Shown here: positions 50,106-58,444 of the stretch, one piece after another
How the letters are laid out: each line of letters begins with the position of its first letter
Position numbering within the stretch: the first letter of the stretch is position 1
Origin: an uncultured Anaerolineales bacterium
Lineage (GTDB): Bacteria; Chloroflexota; Anaerolineae; B4-G1; SLSP01
Length of the DNA stretch: 61,378 bases
NCBI GenBank assembly: GCA_964508025.1
Contig: CAZDSF010000008.1
Coordinates: 22,088 to 83,465 of the forward strand
Direction: 5' to 3'
The notes under the pieces: generated by a model
What the model saw: the letters and a program-made list of their open reading frames with translations, nothing else
Databases searched by the model: none
What the model was told of the DNA's origin: nothing
Made by a program: the position numbers and the translations under genes

Positions 50106-52102
50106 GGGCGTCATGGAGGTGCAGGGTGGGGCAATGGGATCGCTGGCGCGAGACGCTGTTGGATCCACGCAATCTCAAGCGGATTGCGTGGGCTTGTGTG
50201 GTGCTGGGCGTACTGCTGGTGGGTGTCTGGGGGGTACAAGTGCTGCGGGCGGCGTGGTCGCTGCAAGCCCGTCTGAACGAAGTGGAGGCTCTGATCGAAG
50301 GCGATCCTCTGGAGACGCTCAAGGCGGAGCCTCAACGTTTCGAGACGCTGCTCTATGCCTTGCGGCGTGATGTGGTGACCTTGCGCTCGGCGCGTGGGTT
50401 GACGCCGCTGGGACGGGCTTTCGGCTGGCTGCCCAAGGTCGGCCCGCTGTTGGCGCAGGCGACGCCGCTTCTGGATCTGGCGGATGGGTTGAGCGAAGCG
50501 GGGGTGCTGGCCTGGACGGGCTATCGTCCGCTGCTTGAGGATTGGCAGGCGGGGCGACTTTCAATCGAAGGGCTGGCGGCGCGGGTGACGGCGGGGACGC
50601 CTTACGCAGTGGCGGCGCAGCGTCCGGCGCAACGCGCGCTGGCGGCGCGCCAACAGCTCGATGTCACTGCTTTGCCGTATCGCTTCCAGGGGCCGTTGAC
50701 CCAATTGGATGCCCTGTTGCCTTTGCTGGCGGATGGGCTGATGCTGGCGGAGCACGCGCCGGATTTGTTGGGGATGGCAGGGCCGCGCACCTACCTGATT
50801 CTGGCCTTGAATGAAGATGAGCTCCGTCCTGGCGGTGGATTCATTACCGCGGTTGGAGAGGTGCGCCTCGAATCTGGAAGGATTGTTGGTCTGGAGTTCC
50901 GCGATAGCTATGCGGTGGATGATTTTTCACAACCTTATCCCAGCCCGCCGGAACCGCTACAGCGTTTCATGGGCGTGCAGCTGTGGGTTTTTCGGGATAG
51001 CAACTGGTCGCCGGACTTTCCTACCGCCATGCGGGATGGGCTGCCCCTCTATCGTCCGCAACACGCGCCCACGGTTGACGGCGTGATTGCATTGGATCAG
51101 CGCGCGGTGCAGCGGCTTGTGGGCGCCTTCAGTCCCCTGACCGTGGCCGGGGTGGATGAAGCCGTAACAGAAGAGAACATCGTGGCGTTTATGCAAGCAG
51201 CGTGGGCGCCGGATGATGGGGTGCTTGACCGGGAGTGGTGGCAGCAACGTAAATCGTTCATGGGCGATCTTGCGGCGGCGGTGCTGGCGCGCGCGGAACG
51301 CGGTGATGTGAATTGGCCGCAGCTGTTGCGGGAATTGATGACGGTGCTGAATCAGAAACACATACAGGTCTATTTGGAAGGCTCAGCAGCGGCAGTTTTG
51401 CGGCAACGTGGTTGGGATGGTGCGCTCCGCGAGCCGGCGGGGGATTTGCTGTTGCTGGCCGAGGCGAATGTGGGGTACAATAAGGTCACGCCCCGAATCC
51501 GCCGCTCGGCGCAGTATGGGGTGGATTTGAGCCTCGCGCCGCCCCGCGCGCAGTTGCAGGTGACGTACACGCACACTGGCAAGGTTCCTTATCCCTGTAC
51601 GCCTGAGGTGCGTTATGATCCTGTGTACGAAGCGATGATGAATCGCTGCTATTGGGCTTATGTGCAGGTATTCGCGCCGGCAGGGATCACCTTGTTGGAA
51701 GCGAGCCGCCATCCGATTGCCGCAGAGGCGGTGTGGACGCGGGAGGCGTGGGACGGCGCCCCCATCGTGACCTCCGTCGCCGACGGATACACACGAGTGG
51801 AGCAGGCGTTCTTGCTGGCGCCGGGCGAGACTACGACGCTCGCTTTGGATTACGAACTATTGGTTTCAGTGTTGCAACGCGAGGGCCAACAGGTTACGTA
51901 CCGCTTGGACTTCCAAAAGCAGGCGGGACTGGCCGAGTTGCCGTTCGAGATAACCTTGCGCCTGCCGGAGAATGCGGTATTATGGTCAGCGCAGCCGGCG
52001 CCGACCGCGACGATGGGCAATGTGCTGTTGTTCAAAGGGCTAATGGTGCAGGATTTGGATTTCCGTGTGCAATACCTTGAGGGAGAGAGAGCATCGCCAT
52101 GA
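50096..52102 (+). CDS. DUF4012-like membrane-anchored periplasmic protein
   Basis: N-terminal TM. LILALNEDELRPGGGFITAVGEVRLESGRIVGLEFRDSY resembles the DUF4012 core. The start is per the track; the printed sequence near 50096-50101 could not be reconciled to the base. Confidence 0.5.
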   Translation: MPVRASWRCRVGQWDRWRETLLDPRNLKRIAWACVVLGVLLVGVWGVQVLRAAWSLQARLNEVEALIEGDPLETLKAEPQRFETLLYALRRDVVTLRSARGLTPLGRAFGWLPKVGPLLAQATPLLDLADGLSEAGVLAWTGYRPLLEDWQAGRLSIEGLAARVTAGTPYAVAAQRPAQRALAARQQLDVTALPYRFQGPLTQLDALLPLLADGLMLAEHAPDLLGMAGPRTYLILALNEDELRPGGGFITAVGEVRLESGRIVGLEFRDSYAVDDFSQPYPSPPEPLQRFMGVQLWVFRDSNWSPDFPTAMRDGLPLYRPQHAPTVDGVIALDQRAVQRLVGAFSPLTVAGVDEAVTEENIVAFMQAAWAPDDGVLDREWWQQRKSFMGDLAAAVLARAERGDVNWPQLLRELMTVLNQKHIQVYLEGSAAAVLRQRGWDGALREPAGDLLLLAEANVGYNKVTPRIRRSAQYGVDLSLAPPRAQLQVTYTHTGKVPYPCTPEVRYDPVYEAMMNRCYWAYVQVFAPAGITLLEASRHPIAAEAVWTREAWDGAPIVTSVADGYTRVEQAFLLAPGETTTLALDYELLVSVLQREGQQVTYRLDFQKQAGLAELPFEITLRLPENAVLWSAQPAPTATMGNVLLFKGLMVQDLDFRVQYLEGERASP

Positions 52103-52665
52103 AGTTGAAGCTGGGTTTGGGATTGGGGCTGTTGGTCGTGTTGTTGTCCTACCTGGCATTGCTGCCGGTGGCCTGGGCCAGTCCGGGGCAATCTGAAGTG
52201 CGGCAGACGGTGCCTACGCCTACGCCTCCCCGAACGCCGGAGCCTGAACCTCCGCCGACGGAGGAGCCGCCTTCGCCACCAACGGAGGAGCCGCCTCTGC
52301 CGACGCCAACGGGAACGCCGGCGCCCGTCTTGCCGACCGCGACGCCGACGCTTGCGGCAACGGCGGTACCGGCGACACCCTCGCCGTCGCCAACGGTTGC
52401 ATTGCTGACACCAACGCTAACAGTCACGCCGGCGCCTTCTGCGACGCCGACGGTAACGCAACCTGCGCCCACGGCAACGCCTGCGGCATCTCCCACGCTC
52501 GTTCTTACAACGCCAGCTCCTACGTTACCGGCGCCGGCCGCAACGCCAACGCCGGTACTCCCATCGTCGGAACGTGGCTTCTCGCCGTTGGTATTTGGGG
52601 GTGGGTTCCTTATGCTTCTTGGCCTGGGTGCGTTCTTGCTATCCCGGCGCCGTTCCGATGGGTGA
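52099..52665 (+). CDS. Pro/Thr-rich surface protein with signal peptide and C-terminal TM plus RRRSDG tail
   Basis: MKLKLGLGLGLLVVLLSYLALLPVAWA; about 120 aa of PT repeats; ...LPSSERGFSPLVFGGGFLMLLGLGAFLLSRRRSDG. Confidence 0.6.
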   Translation: MKLKLGLGLGLLVVLLSYLALLPVAWASPGQSEVRQTVPTPTPPRTPEPEPPPTEEPPSPPTEEPPLPTPTGTPAPVLPTATPTLAATAVPATPSPSPTVALLTPTLTVTPAPSATPTVTQPAPTATPAASPTLVLTTPAPTLPAPAATPTPVLPSSERGFSPLVFGGGFLMLLGLGAFLLSRRRSDG

Positions 52666-52695
52666 GTGCTGTGTTGTTAAATCCAGAGGTGTGAT

Positions 52696-53757
52696 ATGAG
52701 AAAGCATCGTATTGCAGTTGTTGTTTGCTTGTTGCTGGCAATATTGGCGGGAATTCCGGCTGAGAGCACGCTGGCGAATGCGGTGACGCCGTTCCTCGCT
52801 GAGTATCCTGTGCCTGGTAAGCCGCAAGCTGTCGCCGTCGAGGCGCCGAATCGCGTGTGGTTCACGTTGCCGGAAGCAAATCTGATTGGACGGCTGGTGG
52901 TGACTTCGACCACGCAGTTTGCGGTGACAACGTTCCCCGTACCTACGGCTGCGAGCCAGCCCTACGACTTGAAAGTTGCAGGTGGCTATGTGTGGTTCAC
53001 GCAACGCACTGGCAACAAGATCGGGCGGCTACAGCCGACGACGGGCGTGATCACCGAGTATCCTGTTCCCACATCTGGCAGCGAGCCGACGGGGATCGCG
53101 GTCTTGACAGGAGCCTCTGTGACGAACGTATGGTTCACCCAACGCACTGCCAATCAACTGGGACGATTGGTCATCACCGGCACGACTACCTCTAAGATGT
53201 ATGAGTACCCGCTGCCGGCGGCGTTCCCCAATGCGTACCCGCAGGATGTGGCAATTTATGGGGCCGATAGCATTTGGTTTACTGCGCCTGGGGTAGGGCG
53301 TGTGGGGGAATTCAAGCCCTCGTTGGTGGGAGGGATGTTCAATCCTTTTGAGATGTTGTTGAGCGGCGGGGAGCCGTGGTCTATTGCAACGGGCGGCGGC
53401 AGCCTGGCGGTCTGGTTCACGGATCGTAGCGGCAATCGGCTCGGCGCTTACTATCCGCAGACGATCTCCAATTTCTTCTGGTATCCGTTGCCGGCAAATA
53501 ATAGCAATCCGTATGATGTGGTGGTCAGGCAAGGGCGTATCTGGTTCACACAGGAGACCGGCTGGCGTGTGGGCGAGGTGAACGCGCAGTCTGGCGCAAT
53601 CTATGAATATGGCGTTGGCGCCACGTTGCGCGGCCTCGATGTGGATGCTAACGGGCATGTGTGGTTTGCTGAACATGGCGCAAACAAGATCGGTGAGTGG
53701 CGTCCTCCGTATTTCTACCGGGTGATGTTGCCGCTCGTGCTCAGAGCATATCCGTAA
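52696..53757 (+). CDS. Secreted Vgb-like (streptogramin-lyase-type) beta-propeller repeat protein
   Basis: Signal peptide. About 7 repeats of ..VWFTQRTGNKIGRL / VWFTLPEANLIGRL / IWFTQETGWRVGEV. Ends ...YRVMLPLVLRAYP. Confidence 0.55.
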   Translation: MRKHRIAVVVCLLLAILAGIPAESTLANAVTPFLAEYPVPGKPQAVAVEAPNRVWFTLPEANLIGRLVVTSTTQFAVTTFPVPTAASQPYDLKVAGGYVWFTQRTGNKIGRLQPTTGVITEYPVPTSGSEPTGIAVLTGASVTNVWFTQRTANQLGRLVITGTTTSKMYEYPLPAAFPNAYPQDVAIYGADSIWFTAPGVGRVGEFKPSLVGGMFNPFEMLLSGGEPWSIATGGGSLAVWFTDRSGNRLGAYYPQTISNFFWYPLPANNSNPYDVVVRQGRIWFTQETGWRVGEVNAQSGAIYEYGVGATLRGLDVDANGHVWFAEHGANKIGEWRPPYFYRVMLPLVLRAYP

Positions 53758-53867
53758 TGCCTTTTCAGAGGACACGAGATTGCAGGTGGGACTGGAGAAT
53801 ACGTTAGCGTTCTCCGGTGTCCTTGTGCATTTCGAAAGACAGTAAGGTGTAGTTTTAGGAGATTGTG

Positions 53868-55334
53868 ATGCGGTTTCTATGGCGTGGTTACAAATCGGCT
53901 GCTGTGGCTCTGTTCCTCGTGGGATTATGTGTGGCGTTATCGGCGCCGGCGACACCGACAGTAGGGCTGAATGGCATTCCAATTGAGTCTGAATGGCTGC
54001 CGACGGAGATTGAATCTGGGCCGGTTCTGGGGCACAAGTTGTTTCTGCCTTTCATTTTCAAAAATCACGCTCCTACTCCTCCGGAAACGTTGTTTGGAGT
54101 TCAGATGTACGGTTCGTGGGTTACGAATGACAACTCTCTCGGTCTGGCTCGTGTAGCGCGGGTATCATGGATACGCTGGCCGATCTCCTGGTCGCAAATC
54201 GAACCGGTTAATGTCAGCCCGAGTCAGTACAGCTGGGCAGCAACGGATGCGGCGATTGCCAAAGTTATTGCTTCAGGACACCGGCCGATTATAACGATTG
54301 CGAGCAACCCATCCTGGGCAGCGACTTATGCACAAGGGCCAATAGATAGGGTTAGTCTTTTGGAGTTTGCTGAATTTGTTGAAGAACTCGTGGAACGCTA
54401 TGACGGTGATGGCTACTGTGACGCTCCTGGATCACCAGTAGTTCGCTACTGGGAGTTTTACAATGAGCCAGATGCGTACAATCGTTGGGCAGCGGAGCAA
54501 GGATATGGGGCATATTGGGGAATGCATGGTGACCAATATGCAGAAATGTTATGCGCGGTTTATCCGATGATTAAACATGTAAGCCCTGATGCTAAGGTTG
54601 TTCTTGGCGGTATTGCTTATGACTCGTTTCTGGATGAGGGAGGGTCATTTTATCGTAGATTTATAGATGATGTGCTGGATCATGGCGGTGGGAATTGTTT
54701 TGATTATATGAATTTCCACTATTACCCGTCATTTGAGTCGCGTTGGAATGAATACGGTAATGGATTAGTTGGCAAGACTAACTATATGCGTAACAAATTG
54801 GCCCAATACAATCTATCCAAACCCATGATGGTTACAGAGGCTGGTTGGCATAGTAATTTCTACAACAGTCAATTTCCTGGATCCCCAGAAATCCAGAGCC
54901 GTTATGTAGTTAAGCTCTTTGCTCAGGGTGCTGCAGCGCAATTAAACTCTCTCATTTGGTGGTCCTGGATTGATCCCGGTTTGCCTTATGGAGAGAATGG
55001 CTTGCTAAATCAACAATTCGAACCCAAGCCTTCTTTCACTGCTTACCAATTTGCAGCAGAGAAAATCGGGTTAGCACAATTTGATCGCATTGAGCCAACA
55101 GCTTCTGGAGTGGAAGGTTACCGTTTCACAGCTATAAATGGTCGAAAGATTTATGTTTTTTGGTCTGGTGATGGGCAACCGCGCGCTGTAACAGTATCTG
55201 CTACGCAGGCACAATTGAAGAATATGTATGGGCAGCTCGTCCGTATTGTTCGGGATGGAGATGATGGCGTTCTCGATGGCCGGATTCGGGTGGCGGTGGA
55301 TGCGAATCCGGTGTATGTGGAGGTAGATTGGTGA
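53868..55334 (+). CDS. Secreted clan GH-A glycoside-hydrolase-like protein
   Basis: Signal peptide. FYNEPD (acid/base), MMVTEAGW (nucleophile). Post-signal KLFLPFIFKNHAP motif. Moderate-GC composition. Confidence 0.55.
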   Translation: MRFLWRGYKSAAVALFLVGLCVALSAPATPTVGLNGIPIESEWLPTEIESGPVLGHKLFLPFIFKNHAPTPPETLFGVQMYGSWVTNDNSLGLARVARVSWIRWPISWSQIEPVNVSPSQYSWAATDAAIAKVIASGHRPIITIASNPSWAATYAQGPIDRVSLLEFAEFVEELVERYDGDGYCDAPGSPVVRYWEFYNEPDAYNRWAAEQGYGAYWGMHGDQYAEMLCAVYPMIKHVSPDAKVVLGGIAYDSFLDEGGSFYRRFIDDVLDHGGGNCFDYMNFHYYPSFESRWNEYGNGLVGKTNYMRNKLAQYNLSKPMMVTEAGWHSNFYNSQFPGSPEIQSRYVVKLFAQGAAAQLNSLIWWSWIDPGLPYGENGLLNQQFEPKPSFTAYQFAAEKIGLAQFDRIEPTASGVEGYRFTAINGRKIYVFWSGDGQPRAVTVSATQAQLKNMYGQLVRIVRDGDDGVLDGRIRVAVDANPVYVEVDW

Positions 55335-56794
55335 AACGACTATCTGCCGGTATGTGGCGCGTTGCCCTTGCCGGGGTGATGTTGTGGCTGCTCATATCGG
55401 GCATAGCGACGGAGCGTGCATCCGTGGCGGGGAACGCCGGAGATATATTCACCGCGACGACACAAGCCGCGCCCTTGTGTCGCTTTGGCGTGGGCGGCCC
55501 TGGGAACACGCTCAGCTATCCGATTCAGCCGCTGCAACTTGGCTGGTATGTGGATTGGCGGGTGAATAGCAATGCTTCGCCGCCGGCTGGTATGGACTAT
55601 CTACCCATGGTGCGCCTGTCGCAGACCGGCCCCGATTCTTACAGCTACGCGCCGGATCAGAGCGTGCTGGCGACGCTGGCAACCAATCGTCCCGGTATGA
55701 CGTGGTTGATTGGCAATGAGCCGGATCGCCGCCGGTGGCAGGATGATCTTGAGCCGCATGTGTATGCGAAAGCTTATCATGATTTGTATCATATTCTCAA
55801 GGCGGCAGATCCGACAGCGCAGATTGCCGCTGGTGGTATCGTGCAGCCCACCCCCGTGCGCTTGCTTTATCTGGACATGATTCTGGATAACTACCGCCAA
55901 CGCTATGGCGCGCCCATGCCCATAGATGTCTGGAATATTCACGCCTTTATTCTCCGGGAGCGCAGTTGTCAATACTACCCGGAGGATTGTTGGGGGGCCG
56001 AAATTCCTCCCGGCATTGATTGGCCGCAGGGTGAGCTATACGACATTCAAGACAATGACAATCTGGACATCTTCAAGCAGTTTGTGCAGAATTTCCGCGC
56101 CTGGATGGCCTCGCGGGGCTACCAGGATCGGCCTTTGATTATCACCGAGTTTGGCGTGCAGATGCCGGCAATGTATGGCTTCACCGCGCAGCGCGTGAAT
56201 GCCTATATGAACGCCACCTTCGACTATTTGCGTACTGCAACCGGCTCTACAGGCTATCCCGCAGATGGTTATCGTCTGGTTCAGCGGTGGGCCTGGTACA
56301 GTCTGACGGATAACACTTTCAATGGCTGGTTGTTCGACTCGCCGACGCAGCGCACGGTGTTTGGCGACAACTGGGCCGCCTATGTGGCGCAGATTGACCC
56401 TCAAGTGAACCTGGCGCCGGTTAAGCTATGGACCTCGCCCTCGGCGCCTTTCTCGCCCACGGATCCTGTCACGCTCACGTTGGGAGCAACTGTCGTGAAT
56501 AACGGCGACGTGGCATTCACCGGACCTGTAGTGGTGCGTTTCTACGCAGGTACGCCTTCTAGTGGTCAGCAAATTGGCGCGGATCAACTGGTGATGGCGT
56601 TACCTGGGTGCGCAGCAACGACTACGGTCAGCGTGACGATGCCCAACGTGCCTCCCGGCAGGCATCCGGTCTATGTGGTGGTGGATCCTGAGGGGCAGAT
56701 TTCTGAGAGCGATAAGACGGATAATGTGTTGGTCGGGCATGTGCTGGTCGCCACACAACGCTTGTTTTTACCTTTGGTGTCAAGATCGTGGTGA
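55328..56794 (+). CDS. Secreted clan GH-A glycoside-hydrolase-like protein (paralog of 45468) with C-terminal CARDB domain
   Basis: LIGNEPD / LIITEFG. CARDB-like ...VVNNGDVAFTGPVVVRFYAG...VVVDPEGQISESDKTDN. Ends ...RLFLPLVSRSW. Confidence 0.6.
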   Translation: MVKRLSAGMWRVALAGVMLWLLISGIATERASVAGNAGDIFTATTQAAPLCRFGVGGPGNTLSYPIQPLQLGWYVDWRVNSNASPPAGMDYLPMVRLSQTGPDSYSYAPDQSVLATLATNRPGMTWLIGNEPDRRRWQDDLEPHVYAKAYHDLYHILKAADPTAQIAAGGIVQPTPVRLLYLDMILDNYRQRYGAPMPIDVWNIHAFILRERSCQYYPEDCWGAEIPPGIDWPQGELYDIQDNDNLDIFKQFVQNFRAWMASRGYQDRPLIITEFGVQMPAMYGFTAQRVNAYMNATFDYLRTATGSTGYPADGYRLVQRWAWYSLTDNTFNGWLFDSPTQRTVFGDNWAAYVAQIDPQVNLAPVKLWTSPSAPFSPTDPVTLTLGATVVNNGDVAFTGPVVVRFYAGTPSSGQQIGADQLVMALPGCAATTTVSVTMPNVPPGRHPVYVVVDPEGQISESDKTDNVLVGHVLVATQRLFLPLVSRSW

Positions 56795-56806
56795 TCTAAT
56801 CTTTCG

Positions 56807-58417
56807 ATGTCTAACTCTGGCGGGTTTTGTTGTCGAGTGTACTCATTTCGGCACAACAAAGATTTTCTTCGGTTTTATGTATGGGATTTAGCAGCTCTTG
56901 TTTTGATTTTGGCTGCCTTCCTGATGTATACATGGCACACTCAACTTGTTGTAGAAGGATGGGATTCTCTTGCGTATTTATATGCGGCAGAAAGAATAGC
57001 TTCTGGCGAGATTCCTGCTTTATGTAATCGTTATAATGAAACAATTGGCCCGTACTTTACTCTGGCAGGTTTTAACGTAGCGACAAAATTCCCTGGATGT
57101 TTGTTATTGAATTATCCTCCTGGCTTTCCTCTTCTCTTGGCTGCTTTCAAACATGCCTTACCTTTGAATAATGTTGTGTTTTTTGTTCCGGCATTGTTTG
57201 GTGCATTGGGTGTGGCGTTGGTATATTTTATGGGGAGGTTATTGTTTGATGCAAGAATAGGCCTAACATCGGCATTTTTACTTATGTTAGCACCAACTTA
57301 TGTGGAATTTTCTACTGCTTTGTGGTCTGATGTTCCAGTAGCTGTGCTCCTCTTGGCTGGGGGAGTGATATTGATTTGGGGCTATCAGTCGTTGAGTCGT
57401 GTTCGTGCTGGAATTGTGGGATTTGTTGCAAGTATCTTTATCGGCTGGGCTATTCTGTCTCGATATACAGCTGTTGTATATGTTATCCCTTTAGCGTTCT
57501 TTTTCGTTTCCAAGCATTCTCCTAAACAGCTCCTTCGTTTTCTGTCTCTCAGGGTTTTCGTTATTGGTCTTTTTCTAGTGATGATCGGGATATTACTATT
57601 CAATAATGCAGCTTATGGCGGTTATTTGATTACTCCTTACAGTAGTGTTCACGGATGGTATACATTCCCCAAGTTTAGTTGGCGCTATATAGTAGAGTCG
57701 CCGGTTGGGGGTAGTAGTTTAATTGCTGTCATGAGGACTTTATGGAATAACTACCATGTTTTACTTCTGATGGCGATTTTGGGTTTGTTTTGTATGCAGG
57801 GCTCAAGCGGAATACTCGCTGTAAGTGGTCTTGTTGTGCATTTGGGACTTTATATACTTTACGCATTTCCTGCCGAAGGTATTAATTCGAGATTTATTGT
57901 TCCCGCGCTTCCTTTTCTATCTATTGCAATAGGTTGTGGCATTTGGCACTCCTTCGTTTTGCCGCGACGCTGGCTTTGGATGTGGCGAGTGGTATGTTTA
58001 ACCGCATTCCTGTTTTGTCTCCTTTTTCCATTCCCAGCCGTGTTGCACAGATTAGATGGTCGCAATATGGCGGTTGACTCTTATGTGAAATGGATATCTA
58101 ATCTTGCTGCGCAAACCGAACCAGATGCAGTTATTCTGGCGTATTATACTAACGATCCAATATTCTATCATGGAGAACGTCTCACGCTTTTTTACCGACG
58201 GATACCGGGAAAAGACCCTGAAGGTATTGCTACTCCTGCACAAATGTTCGAAAGACGCTTGGTTTTTGCGGTGGATGCTTTGCTGTTAGAAGGTCGTCCG
58301 GTGTATTACGTGATAGATGCTGATCCTCCATTTATGGACAGTTTTACGATTCTTCAAGAGCACTTTAATTTGTCTCTTGTAAACTCAACTTATTCTCTGT
58401 ACAAAATTGATTACTAG
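56807..58417 (+). CDS. GT-C fold membrane glycosyltransferase (ArnT/PMT-like, GT39/GT83-type)
   Basis: Low-GC gene. NYPPGFPLLLAAFKHALPLNNVVFFVPALFGALGVALVYFMGRLLF is the typical GT-C N-terminal loop/TM pattern. 12+ TM helices. Confidence 0.6.
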   Translation: MSNSGGFCCRVYSFRHNKDFLRFYVWDLAALVLILAAFLMYTWHTQLVVEGWDSLAYLYAAERIASGEIPALCNRYNETIGPYFTLAGFNVATKFPGCLLLNYPPGFPLLLAAFKHALPLNNVVFFVPALFGALGVALVYFMGRLLFDARIGLTSAFLLMLAPTYVEFSTALWSDVPVAVLLLAGGVILIWGYQSLSRVRAGIVGFVASIFIGWAILSRYTAVVYVIPLAFFFVSKHSPKQLLRFLSLRVFVIGLFLVMIGILLFNNAAYGGYLITPYSSVHGWYTFPKFSWRYIVESPVGGSSLIAVMRTLWNNYHVLLLMAILGLFCMQGSSGILAVSGLVVHLGLYILYAFPAEGINSRFIVPALPFLSIAIGCGIWHSFVLPRRWLWMWRVVCLTAFLFCLLFPFPAVLHRLDGRNMAVDSYVKWISNLAAQTEPDAVILAYYTNDPIFYHGERLTLFYRRIPGKDPEGIATPAQMFERRLVFAVDALLLEGRPVYYVIDADPPFMDSFTILQEHFNLSLVNSTYSLYKIDY

Positions 58418-58444
58418 ATCTTGTCGGAGAACTTTTAACTTCTG

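Noticed and set aside
52200-52560. Direct DNA repeats (ccgacggaggagccgcc / acgccgac units)
   Set aside because: They lie inside a coding PT-rich low-complexity linker. No spacer/repeat periodicity and no cas genes, so not a CRISPR array.
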